The translations under genes and the position numbers were made by a program. DNA of 64,000 nucleotides. It comes from an uncultured Bacteroidales bacterium (GTDB taxonomy: Bacteria > Bacteroidota > Bacteroidia > Bacteroidales > JAUNSR01). This document shows positions 20,439 through 30,777 of this stretch, in pieces. Positions within the stretch are counted from its first letter, which is position 1. Each line of letters starts with the position of its first letter. The notes below the pieces were generated by a model, which worked only from the letters and a program-made list of their open reading frames with translations, searched no databases and had not been told where the DNA came from. The DNA lies in the NCBI GenBank assembly GCA_947074105.1, contig CAMTON010000005.1, positions 1,517-65,516 of the forward strand, given 5' to 3'.

Positions 20439-20918
20439 CTACTCCTTGCAAATCAGAACAGAGGCATAGGCCGCTATTCCCTCTTCACGTCCGGTGAATC
20501 CGAGCTTTTCAGATGTCGTTGCCTTTATTGATATATCATCCGGATCAATACGCATGACTTCGGCCAGAACTTTCTGCATATCAGGAATATGAATCTTCAG
20601 TTTCGGACGCTCAGCAACAACTGTTATATCAGCATTTCCGAATTCATATCCTTTTTCTCTTATAAGCTTCATTGTTTTATCAAGGAGTATTTTACTGTCT
20701 ATATTTTTAAAATCTCCTGAAGTATCAGGGAAGTGATAACCGATATCTCTCATATTGGCCGCTCCCAATAAAGCATCACACAGAGCATGAATCAACACAT
20801 CTGCATCAGAATGTCCCAACAAGCCAAGTTCATGCTCAAGTCTGATACCTCCGAGCCACAACTCCCGTGATTCCACAAGTTTGTGGACATCATATCCGAA
20901 ACCTGTTCTTATTTTCAT
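20439..20918 (-). CDS. ispF: 2-C-methyl-D-erythritol 2,4-cyclodiphosphate synthase
   Basis: MKIRTGFGYDVHKL...GHSDADV is the canonical IspF N-terminus. The ORF-track extension to 21020 contains the porV terminator, so the internal ATG at 20918 is used. Confidence 0.95.
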   Translation of the reverse strand: MKIRTGFGYDVHKLVESRELWLGGIRLEHELGLLGHSDADVLIHALCDALLGAANMRDIGYHFPDTSGDFKNIDSKILLDKTMKLIREKGYEFGNADITVVAERPKLKIHIPDMQKVLAEVMRIDPDDISIKATTSEKLGFTGREEGIAAYASVLICKE

Positions 20919-20975
20919 ACATCTTAATTTTTTATTTATAATAGATAAAAGTAATAATTTAAGAGACAAAACAAA

Positions 20976-21013
20976 AACAGGCAGTCCGGGATATATCACC
21001 CAAACTGCCTGTT
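20976..21013 (-). terminator. Terminator after porV
   Basis: AACAGGCAGT / ACTGCCTGTT form a perfect 10-bp stem. An A-rich tract precedes it on the plus strand, giving a U-tract on the minus transcript. Confidence 0.7.
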
Positions 21014-21044
21014 CAATCATATTTTAATAGAATCGTATTATTAT

Positions 21045-22253
21045 TTATCTTCTTCTGCGTCCTTTTCCATTACGCCCCATCATGCTCTGTATTCCATCCA
21101 TATCAAATGCAAGAGAGAATCTCAGTGTCTGGTCCAGAGGACTTGTCTGTGCTGCAGATATTACATATGCCGCATCAAGACGGAAAACGTTCAAGGCAAA
21201 ACCTGCACCTACAGTAAAAAACTTACGATTACCTTTGTTTTTGTGTTCATTGAAATAACCTCCACGAATAAAAAACTGATCATTGTAAGTATATTCAGCA
21301 CCTACCGACCAGTTGATTTCCTGAAGTTCCTCTTTCATTCCTCCTGGTGCATCACTGAAAGATTTGAAAATACCTGAAATTGAAGAAGTGGCATACCATC
21401 TGTCTTCTGCTTCCTGATATTCGAAATCATCTTCAAACTCACCTCTCTGAGGTTTTGTAGGAACAAGAAGTTTATTAGCATCAAAACTTATTGACATTCT
21501 GTTATACTCATCCATCGGGAAAAGAAGAGTTGTCCCTAGCCTAAGCGTAGTAGGAAGAAAAGCAGATGTTGTTCCACCGTCATATGATACTTTGGAGCCT
21601 ATATTAGATACATTGAATCCAAGTGACCACTGACATTCATTCTGCCCGATTATAGGATATGTGGTATAATAACCGGCGATATCTGCAGCAAAGGCATTAC
21701 CCGCTGAGATATCCTCATCCGAAGAATATGCAAGATTTGAATAAATATATCTGAAAACAACCCCCATTGAGAATTTCTCAGAAAGTTTTCTTGAATAACC
21801 AAGGTCTATAGCCATCTCATAAGGATTGATGATATCCGAAGTACCACCGCCTTCATTATTGATATTGACCTCTCCCAGAGAGAAATAACGCATCGATGCA
21901 CTCACCGCCTGCATATCGCTCTGTCCGAGTTTCCAGTATCCTGAAAGATAACCAAGATTGATATCGCTGACAAGTTTACGAAGCCACGGAGTATAAGAAA
22001 AGGCAACTCCTGCTTGAGAATAAGCGAATGCATATTTAGCAGGATTCCAGAATTGTGAATAAACGTCAGGATCGGTAGCGGCACCGATATCACCCATACC
22101 TCCACCTCGCGCATCAGGAGCAATGCCAAGTGAGTTTACGCCCGTCTGAACAGGATTAAAGCTTTCGCTTTTGATATCATCCTGTGCAAAGGCTCTTATT
22201 CCGCATAACGTCAGTCCTGTGACAAATCCTATTTTCAGAATATTTGAATTCAT
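21045..22253 (-). CDS. porV: Type IX secretion system outer-membrane protein PorV (LptO)
   Basis: 402-aa beta-barrel-like protein. The N-terminal block GIAPDARGGGMGDIGAATDPD is typical of PorV, and it sits immediately downstream of porU. Confidence 0.85.
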   Translation of the reverse strand: MNSNILKIGFVTGLTLCGIRAFAQDDIKSESFNPVQTGVNSLGIAPDARGGGMGDIGAATDPDVYSQFWNPAKYAFAYSQAGVAFSYTPWLRKLVSDINLGYLSGYWKLGQSDMQAVSASMRYFSLGEVNINNEGGGTSDIINPYEMAIDLGYSRKLSEKFSMGVVFRYIYSNLAYSSDEDISAGNAFAADIAGYYTTYPIIGQNECQWSLGFNVSNIGSKVSYDGGTTSAFLPTTLRLGTTLLFPMDEYNRMSISFDANKLLVPTKPQRGEFEDDFEYQEAEDRWYATSSISGIFKSFSDAPGGMKEELQEINWSVGAEYTYNDQFFIRGGYFNEHKNKGNRKFFTVGAGFALNVFRLDAAYVISAAQTSPLDQTLRFSLAFDMDGIQSMMGRNGKGRRRR

Positions 22254-22601
22254 ATCTTTCTTATTTCAAATTGTCTTTTTACAAAATCCGGAAAAGCAAT
22301 TCTTAAGCTTCAGACTTTATTCCTTTTTGTCTGAAAAGACCCGTAATTTTCACTTTTCCTTTAAATCTCTCTCTTCTAATATGTGATATTATAAACTGAA
22401 AATTTCTCAAATTATTGTTTTAACAATAAATATTTATCAGAATTTATCTGTTTTATTTTTTAACCTCAGTTTTCATAATGACACAACCTGCTGTTTTAAT
22501 TTTTTCAGCAATATTATAATTTACCGGTTCCGCAATATTATTTTTAATTAAATATTACTGCGAAACCGGCATATATTTTTATGTAATTTTTACATGATTT
22601 T

Positions 22602-25600
22602 CTACTGACCAAGAACAATCAGTTTTTTGCTTTTTGTCGTATAGTTAACACCGTCGGACGAAAGATAGGCACGATAGATATAGATACCCGGTAATACTCT
22701 CTGACCGGCACCTGAACGCAGATCCCATGTTATAGGAAGTGAGTTCATAAACTCAGAAGATGAAGTAAGATCGTTTTCATAAACAAGCTGTCCCATCTGA
22801 GTAAACACCTGTATCTTCACATTCACATTTGTTTCCGGACGATTATGGGAAAGAAGGAATCTTGCTTCATCCCTTACCGGATTCTGCTGAGCGGAAAGAT
22901 CAAATATCACAGGTTTTGCATTACTGTTAACCTCAAATTCAATCAACGCTGTAGAAGAATTATTGAATATATCCCACACTTTAAGTTCCATGGTATATTT
23001 TCCGTCATTAAGATCAGGAATGCTGTACTGAATGATACCGGAAGACGAATTCCCCGGATTAGTCATGAAATAATCATTAAGGATATATTTCACACGGCTG
23101 TTATCCTCTCCGTATATCGTTATCGTTATATCATGACCTATAGCCGAACCCGTAGCGTTAATACCGGTCTCATCTTCAATCGATGCATACAGATAAGGAC
23201 TTGAATTTACGACATCTCCGTTTCTGAACGATGTTGAATTAAGATATATATAATTGATCTTAGGTCCTACTGTATCTGTAATAACCTCATCAGATGTTCC
23301 GCCAATGATATATTTATTAAAATATCCCTGAGCTTCCCTTCTGTCGGAACTGTATGCGTAAAGATTCATCATACCCGATTCCATCGAATAACTTATATCT
23401 TTAGGAACGATGAAAGAAAACTCAAACTCACCGTTTCTTATAGAATCACATCCGGTAAAAAGTTTCTGAGTTCTGTCTGTAAAAGTGAAAGGATTGCCTG
23501 TCTTGTCATTATCCATAGCAGTTACGGTTTCTTCCGCATCATAAAGAGTTGGATAGACAAGTCCGTTGAAACTGGCTTCTGTATAATCATCGGAAAGAGC
23601 AAGTACGCGACCTTTCACATTTATATTCTGTAATGCCTTAAACTGAATTATGTCATCAGCCTTTACTTTTTCACCGTTTATCTCTGTTATCTCCATCTGA
23701 TATTCAGGATAAGCGATTTTCAGTGAAGGATCGCCAAGAAGAGTGAAGTTAAGTTTGTTTGACTGAGAACCGAGAGCTCTTTTAGCAAACTTCATAATAT
23801 CCCCCATACGGTAGCGTGTACCGTCTTCCTGCTTATCAAATATATTTTCAATCAGTTTTCTGTTGATCTGCAGATTTCCGTCTGAATACACCACGCGGGT
23901 TGTGGTGAACATCGCTATCGCACCACCGTCAGGATTAAGAACAAGAGCCTCTCCTGCTGTAGTAGTCGGCTGATCAAAACGGCTGAAGTCACAAGTGGCC
24001 GTCACCCATACCGGAAGACGTTTCATTTTTATAGTTTCCGCATCAGAAAGCATAAAGATCTTTTCATGCGTAATAGAAGTTGTAGCTCCGTGACCTGAAT
24101 AATTCATAAGAAGTGCTCCTGAATTAAGCTGCTCGAAAAGTTTTTTCTTTGCATCAGGATAAGCCGTACCGGCTGCCGTAGACTCACGCTTATAGGCATC
24201 AAGATATATCTTTGTAAAATTAAACTCATGATGTCCCTGATTCTGTATGATATCAACCATAGTCTGGGCATGTCTCATATGAGTATTATTATCGCCGTCA
24301 TCACCAAGGAAACACAGATTGTTTTTCCATACTCCCAGTTCCTTATTTTCGGAATAAGCGATCACCTTATCAACCATTGTCTTTGCCTGGGCTGCAGTTC
24401 TGACCGGAAAACGGCCGATTCCCAGATCCAGTACATCACTTCTCAGCGTGATCTGCCCGTACACATCTGTTTTTCCTCCTTCATTATCATCAAGGAAACC
24501 GAAATAGTCATCACATACATAAGATTCCGTCTCATTAAGAGATGGGACCGACTGATATGTCAAAAGGCAGTTTTCAAGAGCAGCAGCCTTCCACTGTGAA
24601 GTATTCATACCTCTGTTATCACAGGCTCCGTCGCCCATAAGAAGAAGATATAATGGAGGATTGCCAAGAGTGACACTTCTGTCATAAAACATTTTCATAA
24701 ACAGACGATATGCGGTAGCATCGGGTGTTCCCGACGAATACTCGTTATATATCTGTTCCGGTGTAACGACATGAACCGTAAGTCCGTCATTATCTTCACG
24801 GAATTTAGCAAGTCGCTGTGCCTGTTCCTGAATCTTGGGAGCTGCGATTATCACCATATCAGTCTGACCGAGTGCATGAAGATTCTGATTGGCTATCTCT
24901 CCCACTTTGGTTACAGAAGCGAAACTTCCGTTTCTGTTTACCAGTGCATATTCAGTATTTGTATAACCGTTAAAGCTCAAACGGCTGTTTTCTGTAGTAA
25001 GTTCTATTCTTGAGGCATTTACCGGATCCGAGATATTCCAGACCTGCAAAGAAGGTAAAGCACTTACAGCATCGGCAAGTATATATTTGGATATACCGCT
25101 TCCTGCAAGGCGAAACAATGTACCTCCGGAATATGACTGAAGAGTTCTTTTTACATTCAGACGGATATAATTAAGATATGAATTTTTCAAAGCTCCGGAA
25201 TTCGGATTGAATACAAGTCTTACCGTTTGAGATGAAGAACCGTCAAATGTTACGTTTCTTTTGGAATTAAGAGTTTCAGCGAACTGATAATTGTCAGATC
25301 TTTTTGCTGAAATCGTAGAATTAATAAAAGAAATACCGTTGACAGATCCCGAAAGAGAACTTGCAACGTTATTATTGGCAATAAAATCAACTGTTATACT
25401 TCCCGACTCTGCAACAAGTCCGGGTATACTGAAAGTGAAATCTCTTGTTCTTGTATAATTGAATGACTCTCCATACATTTCACGCCCCGTATTTCCGATA
25501 TTTTCAAGATCATTTTCATGAAGGAAATAATCATCATATACCGTAGTACTGCTGTAATTACCCGAAATAGAAGACTCTGCCGTCAGACTTTTCGGAGCAT

Positions 25601-26036
25601 CACTTTTCTGATGAAGAAAATAAAAGGCACTGGAGGAGTAAAAATTATTGGTATGATAATAACCGTTTGTTGATGAATAATCCCATTTTATAACACCCTG
25701 TCCGTAGAAAAGTATTCTCGAATTATCAGTATCATGATAAACCGATATCTCAGGTACGTCATCTATATGATTCATTGAAAAGGATTCTTCAAGAAGATGA
25801 CCTCCGAATCCATATACACCAACCCTGGAAGGATCGGAAAATCCCATATCCCTCAACTCCTTATATGTAATCTGATATACATCATTGTTATTAACGGCTA
25901 TCTTGTACCATTTCCCCTCAGCTAAATTAGATGACTCGGCGAAGGTATGGATTCCTGTTACAGTAGCCGTCTGCGCGCCGGCCATAAAATGTACCAGTAA
26001 AACAATAAGTGATGAAACGATATAGCGTGAATGCAT
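22602..26036 (-). CDS. porU: Type IX secretion system C-terminal signal peptidase/sortase PorU (gingipain-like C25 domain)
   Basis: 1144 aa with a signal peptide, a C25-like core (YLLLMGDG...NYSGHG...VTATCDF) and its own C-terminal sorting-domain-like tail. The adjacency to porV is typical. Confidence 0.85.
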   Translation of the reverse strand: MHSRYIVSSLIVLLVHFMAGAQTATVTGIHTFAESSNLAEGKWYKIAVNNNDVYQITYKELRDMGFSDPSRVGVYGFGGHLLEESFSMNHIDDVPEISVYHDTDNSRILFYGQGVIKWDYSSTNGYYHTNNFYSSSAFYFLHQKSDAPKSLTAESSISGNYSSTTVYDDYFLHENDLENIGNTGREMYGESFNYTRTRDFTFSIPGLVAESGSITVDFIANNNVASSLSGSVNGISFINSTISAKRSDNYQFAETLNSKRNVTFDGSSSQTVRLVFNPNSGALKNSYLNYIRLNVKRTLQSYSGGTLFRLAGSGISKYILADAVSALPSLQVWNISDPVNASRIELTTENSRLSFNGYTNTEYALVNRNGSFASVTKVGEIANQNLHALGQTDMVIIAAPKIQEQAQRLAKFREDNDGLTVHVVTPEQIYNEYSSGTPDATAYRLFMKMFYDRSVTLGNPPLYLLLMGDGACDNRGMNTSQWKAAALENCLLTYQSVPSLNETESYVCDDYFGFLDDNEGGKTDVYGQITLRSDVLDLGIGRFPVRTAAQAKTMVDKVIAYSENKELGVWKNNLCFLGDDGDNNTHMRHAQTMVDIIQNQGHHEFNFTKIYLDAYKRESTAAGTAYPDAKKKLFEQLNSGALLMNYSGHGATTSITHEKIFMLSDAETIKMKRLPVWVTATCDFSRFDQPTTTAGEALVLNPDGGAIAMFTTTRVVYSDGNLQINRKLIENIFDKQEDGTRYRMGDIMKFAKRALGSQSNKLNFTLLGDPSLKIAYPEYQMEITEINGEKVKADDIIQFKALQNINVKGRVLALSDDYTEASFNGLVYPTLYDAEETVTAMDNDKTGNPFTFTDRTQKLFTGCDSIRNGEFEFSFIVPKDISYSMESGMMNLYAYSSDRREAQGYFNKYIIGGTSDEVITDTVGPKINYIYLNSTSFRNGDVVNSSPYLYASIEDETGINATGSAIGHDITITIYGEDNSRVKYILNDYFMTNPGNSSSGIIQYSIPDLNDGKYTMELKVWDIFNNSSTALIEFEVNSNAKPVIFDLSAQQNPVRDEARFLLSHNRPETNVNVKIQVFTQMGQLVYENDLTSSSEFMNSLPITWDLRSGAGQRVLPGIYIYRAYLSSDGVNYTTKSKKLIVLGQ

Positions 26037-26090
26037 ATAGCTTTTATATATAATGTATTAAAAAATAGGTCAACAATATTTCGCAGGCAC

Positions 26091-26708
26091 TTATCTTACA
26101 TGAAAATCAAACAATTTCTTATCCGAAATAAAACCCTGAAGATGGTCTCCGATCTTTACCGGACCAACTCCGGCCGGTGTACCGGTATATATCAGATCTC
26201 CGATCTTTAAAGTGAAAAACTTGCTGGCATAAGCGATGATCTCATCAATAGAATTGATCATTTCTTCCGAATTGCCTTTCTGAACCTGAATGTCATTATG
26301 CAAAAGGGAGAAATCTATATTTCCGACTCCATCCTTAAGATCGTCTACATTTATAAACTCACCGATAACAGCAGCACTATCAAAAGCTTTTGATATTTCC
26401 CACGGTTCTCCGGCTGCTCTCAGTTCAGACTGAAGATCTCTTGCCGTAAAGTCTATGCCAACGGTCACCGCATCGTAATAACGGTGAGCGAATTTCTTGG
26501 AAATATTCTTCCCGACTTTACAAATACGGAACACTAATTCTGTCTCAAATTCTATTCTTTCCGAGAAATCAGGATAAAAAAAGGGTTTTCCGTCTTTAAG
26601 TAAAGAGCTGTCCGGCTTCATAAACAGAACAGGTGCCTTAGTTTCTAACGTTTTATCCATCTCTTTATTGTGTAACGGGTAATTCCAGCCCACACATATT
26701 ATCTTCAT
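26091..26708 (-). CDS. Fumarylacetoacetate hydrolase (FAH) family protein
   Basis: 205 aa. IICVGWNY, FMKP, ETELV and IYTGTPAGVGPV are typical of small FAH-family enzymes. Confidence 0.88.
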   Translation of the reverse strand: MKIICVGWNYPLHNKEMDKTLETKAPVLFMKPDSSLLKDGKPFFYPDFSERIEFETELVFRICKVGKNISKKFAHRYYDAVTVGIDFTARDLQSELRAAGEPWEISKAFDSAAVIGEFINVDDLKDGVGNIDFSLLHNDIQVQKGNSEEMINSIDEIIAYASKFFTLKIGDLIYTGTPAGVGPVKIGDHLQGFISDKKLFDFHVR

Positions 26709-26710
26709 AT

Positions 26711-27355
26711 TTATTGGAAAGTTAATCGGTTAAACATTACGGCCAGATGTGCATAAATAGATGTATTCTGTACCACGATATTCTTGGGTACTTTAATTCT
26801 GAATGGCGTAAAATTCCATATCGCCTCTATACCTGCATTTATGGCCGTGTCGGCTACATTCTGAGCCTTATCAACGGGAACGGTAAGGATACCGATGCTT
26901 ACATTAAGTTCTCTGCGGTAATCCTCCAGATCTTTAATATCATAAACTGGTATTCCGTTTATGATTTTACCTATCTTATTGGGATTTACATCGAAAGCAG
27001 CCACTATCTGTAGACCGAACTGAGAAAGACCATCATCATGAAGAAGAGCGGCACCCAGACTTCCGGCTCCGAGAATTATCGCTCGGTGAGTCCTTGTAAA
27101 GCCGAGAAAGTTCTCAAGTACGTCTACAAGCGAGTTTATCTCATATCCTACTCTTGTTTTCCCTGATATATTTATAAATGATAGATCTTTGGCTATCTGA
27201 GAAGAATCAACATTAATGTCTTTTGAAATTTGTGTCGACGATACATATTCCTCTCCTTTATCTTTCAACAATTTCAAATATGCCAGATACCACGGCAATC
27301 TGCGCAAGGTAGGTTCCGGCAATTTAAAATTCAGATTATTTATATCTTCTGACAT
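26711..27355 (-). CDS. rex: Redox-sensing transcriptional repressor Rex
   Basis: N-terminal winged helix (PTLRRLPWYLAYLK) and a Rossmann GAGSLGAALL; 214 aa. Confidence 0.9.
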   Translation of the reverse strand: MSEDINNLNFKLPEPTLRRLPWYLAYLKLLKDKGEEYVSSTQISKDINVDSSQIAKDLSFINISGKTRVGYEINSLVDVLENFLGFTRTHRAIILGAGSLGAALLHDDGLSQFGLQIVAAFDVNPNKIGKIINGIPVYDIKDLEDYRRELNVSIGILTVPVDKAQNVADTAINAGIEAIWNFTPFRIKVPKNIVVQNTSIYAHLAVMFNRLTFQ

Positions 27356-27640
27356 ATTTATTCAAAGGTTATTCTGATATGACAAAAATAGTATTTTATA
27401 ATTAAAGTGAATTAAGAATTAGCTCAATACTATTTCTTTTAAATAATAAAAAAGGTTAGCTGAGAATGCTCTCTTTATACATATTGCTCAAATTTACTTA
27501 TAAAAGAAAATTAAACCACACCGTTTACTTTCAATATGCGATTTTTTAACATCAATAAATATTAAATTATCTTCAATCTGCATATACCTGGCTTAAAGCG
27601 CTAAAAACTAATAAAAAACTTATATCAAGCTAATAATTAT

Positions 27641-27648
27641 TATCTTTG
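27641..27648 (+). promoter_or_regulatory. -7 box TATCTTTG upstream of purF
   Basis: TAnnTTTG match, 47 nt upstream of the ATG at 27695. Confidence 0.45.
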
Positions 27649-27694
27649 CACTTTCTTATTCCCAACTAAGATTTTTGACACTGATTTCAAGACA

Positions 27695-29587
27695 ATGGAA
27701 CAAATCAAGCACGAATGTGGTATTGCGATGGTTCGCTTACTAAAACCTCTTGAATACTATCAACAAAAGTATGGCACTTGGATGTATGGCCTTAATAAGC
27801 TTTATCTGCTTATGGAGAAACAGCACAACCGCGGCCAGGAAGGTGCAGGTCTGACCTGCTTAAAAATGGAGTCTCATCCCGGCGAAGAGTATCTTTTCAG
27901 AGAAAGAGCGATGGGCTCGGGAGCGATAACCGAAATTTTTGACAAAGTTTATTCACATTATCAAAACGTCCCTAAAGAACAGCTTAACGATGCAACTTAT
28001 GCAAAACAGGTACTTCCTTTTGCAGGTGAAATCTACATGGGGCATCTTCGTTACAGCACAACAGGCCGTTCAGGTCTTGCTTACGTTCATCCTTTTATCA
28101 GACGTAACAACTGGCGTGCAAAAAATCTGTCTCTTTGCGGTAACTTCAATCTTACCAACGTAGATGAGATCTTTGATGAAATCACTTCGCAGGGACAGCA
28201 TCCAAGAAAATTAGCTGATACATATATTATCCTTGAGCAGGTCGGACACCGTCTTGACCGTGAAGCGGAACGCCTTTTCAATGAGAGCAAGAATCTTGGT
28301 CTTAAAGGTATGGATATCACTATGTATATTGAAAATAATCTTAACATAGAGAACGTGATCAAAACCGCAAGCCCGCGCTGGGACGGCGGATATGTGATCT
28401 GCGGTCTTACCGGAAGCGGCGACAGCTTCACCTTCCGTGACCCATGGGGCATCCGTCCTGCTTTCTATTATGCTGATGATGAAATCGTTGTTATAGCGTC
28501 CGAAAGACCTGTTATACAGACTGCTATCGGAGCTGATATTAATAATATCAAAGAACTTGAACCGGGTCAGGGTATTATAATCTCTAAACACGGTGATGTT
28601 AAGATATCTCAGATTAATGAGCCTAAGAATGTTAGAAAATGTTCTTTCGAAAGAATATATTTCTCTCGCGGAAGCGACAAGGATATCTATCAGGAAAGAA
28701 AGAAACTTGGTAAAAACCTTGTTCCTGCAATTATAAAATCAGTTGACGGAGATCTTGAAAATACGGTTTTCTCGTTTATCCCCAATACTGCCGAAGTCGC
28801 TTACTACGGTATGCTTGAAGGCCTGAATGAAAAACTTAGTCAGGATAAAACCGAAGCTATCCTTAAACTTGGAAAAGATGCAACTCCTGAACAGATTCAG
28901 GAAATCCTTTCTAAAGTGATCCGTGGTGAAAAGGTTGCTCTTAAAGATATCAAACTTCGTACTTTCATCGCAGAAGGCAATACAAGAAACGACCTGGCAG
29001 CTCACGTTTACGACGTAACTTACGGTAGCGTGAAAGCAGGCGTAGATAATCTTGTAGTAATTGACGACTCTATTGTTCGCGGTACGACTCTTAAACAGAG
29101 TATTATCAAGATTCTTGACACTCTGAATCCGAAGAAGATCACTATCCTTTCTTCTTCTCCTCAGATACGTTATCCTGACTGCTATGGTATCGATATGTCG
29201 AGAATGGGTGAATTCATCGCGTTCAAAGCTGCAGTAGAGCTTCTTCGCGAAAACAATATGAGTCATATCCTTGACGAAGTATATCAGAAATCCAAAGCTC
29301 AGCAGGGACTTCCTAAAGAAGAGATCGTAAACTATGTAAAAGATATCTACAAACCTTTTACGCCTGAACAGATTTCAGCCAAGATCGTTGAGATGCTTAC
29401 TCCTAAAGGAACTAAAGCTGAGGTTGAAATCATTTATCAGACTATCGAAGGTCTTCATGATGCCTGTCCTGACAACAACGGCGACTGGTATTTCACCGGT
29501 GACTATCCTACTCCGGGAGGAAACCGCGTTGTAAACAATGCTTTCGTATATTATTACGAAGGTCAGGATGATAAAAGAAGTTATTAA
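27695..29587 (+). CDS. purF: Amidophosphoribosyltransferase (long Bacteroidetes-type class II glutamine amidotransferase)
   Basis: MEQIKHECGI places the Ntn catalytic Cys after a short propeptide. There is a PRTase block (VVIDDSIVRGTT); 630 aa. Confidence 0.92.
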   Translation: MEQIKHECGIAMVRLLKPLEYYQQKYGTWMYGLNKLYLLMEKQHNRGQEGAGLTCLKMESHPGEEYLFRERAMGSGAITEIFDKVYSHYQNVPKEQLNDATYAKQVLPFAGEIYMGHLRYSTTGRSGLAYVHPFIRRNNWRAKNLSLCGNFNLTNVDEIFDEITSQGQHPRKLADTYIILEQVGHRLDREAERLFNESKNLGLKGMDITMYIENNLNIENVIKTASPRWDGGYVICGLTGSGDSFTFRDPWGIRPAFYYADDEIVVIASERPVIQTAIGADINNIKELEPGQGIIISKHGDVKISQINEPKNVRKCSFERIYFSRGSDKDIYQERKKLGKNLVPAIIKSVDGDLENTVFSFIPNTAEVAYYGMLEGLNEKLSQDKTEAILKLGKDATPEQIQEILSKVIRGEKVALKDIKLRTFIAEGNTRNDLAAHVYDVTYGSVKAGVDNLVVIDDSIVRGTTLKQSIIKILDTLNPKKITILSSSPQIRYPDCYGIDMSRMGEFIAFKAAVELLRENNMSHILDEVYQKSKAQQGLPKEEIVNYVKDIYKPFTPEQISAKIVEMLTPKGTKAEVEIIYQTIEGLHDACPDNNGDWYFTGDYPTPGGNRVVNNAFVYYYEGQDDKRSY

Positions 29588-29618
29588 TCCGAATTCTTTT
29601 CGGAAACATACAATATAA

Positions 29619-29668
29619 AAATTCCCGTACAGTGATTTTAAGAAATCAGCCTGTGCGGGAATTTTTTT
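29619..29668 (+). terminator. Terminator after purF
   Basis: AAATTCCCGTACAG / CTGTGCGGGAATTT stem (one G-U) followed by T7. Confidence 0.8.
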
Positions 29669-29701
29669 ATAACAAAGCTCACAGATATAGATAATAATTA
29701 T

Positions 29702-29741
29702 TGCACATAGCTGTGTTTAAAGCTGCACACAACTATGTGCA
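29702..29741. other. Orphan hairpin between the purF and rsgA terminators
   Basis: TGCACATAGCTGTG / CACAACTATGTGCA form a 14-bp inverted repeat with one mismatch and a 12-nt loop. Confidence 0.6.
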
Positions 29742-29756
29742 GACAAATAGATTCGG

Positions 29757-29804
29757 CAAAAAATAAAAATATCCCGTATTTACTTGACTGAAAATACGGG
29801 ATAT
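29757..29804 (-). terminator. Terminator after rsgA
   Basis: ATATCCCGTATTT / AAATACGGGATAT form a perfect 13-bp stem. An A-run precedes it on the plus strand. Confidence 0.8.
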
Positions 29805-29844
29805 TCACCTTATGATAATGGCAATTGCCATAGGATTTATATTA

Positions 29845-30777
29845 TCAGAATGCAGAACGGTATTTATCTTCCTGAGAATCCTCCATAATGCTCAGATAAC
29901 TGTTATAACGTGATTCACTGATATAATGATTTTTCAATGCTTCAAGTACTGCACATCCCGGTTCATGAGTATGTGTACAGTTGTTAAAACGACAGTCGGA
30001 TGATATCTTAAATATTTCAGGAAAGAAGTGAGCAATCTCTTCTTTTTTGAAATCTATAGTACCAAATCCTTTCACACCGGGTGTATCGATGATATAACCA
30101 CCTCCTGGAAGTTCAAACATTTCGGAGAAAGTAGTAGTATGCATACCTGTATTATGCGCATCCGAAATTTCCTGAGTCTTGAGCTTAAGGTCCGGAAGAA
30201 GGGCATTTATAAGCGTGGATTTTCCGACACCCGAGTTTCCTGAAATCAGAGTTATCTTATTTTCAAGAAGTTCCCTTATCTTATTAAGACCGATACCGCT
30301 TTTTGCCGATATCTTATAACAAGGATAACCGATTGACTCATAAAGAGCTGTTATGGCATCGGTATATGAAAGGTCTGATTCATCATAACGGTCGATCTTA
30401 TTGATGACAATCACAACAGGGATACGGTAAGCCTCAGCCGTGGCAAGGAAACGGTCGATAAATACGGTGCTTGTCTCAGGATAAGCTATGGTAATCACGA
30501 GCATAGCCTGATCGATATTGGCCGCAAGAATATGCGACTGTTTCGACAGATTGGAAGATTTACGCACAATATAATTCTTCCTGTCCTCAATACGTGTTAT
30601 AAACGCAGTCCCTTCATTGTTGATATCGATATCCACGTTATCGCCTACTGCAATGGGGTTAGTGCTTTTTATGCCTTTCAGACGGAAATTGCCCTTAATC
30701 TTACAATCTATCAGACGGCCGTCCTCGGTCTTTACCTGATACCAGCTTCCTGTATTTTTTACTACCAGTCCCTTCAT
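29845..30777 (-). CDS. rsgA: Ribosome small-subunit-dependent GTPase A
   Basis: Circularly permuted GTPase (INKIDR ... [12 protein letters not shown]) with a C-terminal zinc-finger region ([14 protein letters not shown]). Confidence 0.95.
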   Translation of the reverse strand: MKGLVVKNTGSWYQVKTEDGRLIDCKIKGNFRLKGIKSTNPIAVGDNVDIDINNEGTAFITRIEDRKNYIVRKSSNLSKQSHILAANIDQAMLVITIAYPETSTVFIDRFLATAEAYRIPVVIVINKIDRYDESDLSYTDAITALYESIGYPCYKISAKSGIGLNKIRELLENKITLISGNSGVGKSTLINALLPDLKLKTQEISDAHNTGMHTTTFSEMFELPGGGYIIDTPGVKGFGTIDFKKEEIAHFFPEIFKISSDCRFNNCTHTHEPGCAVLEALKNHYISESRYNSYLSIMEDSQEDKYRSAF

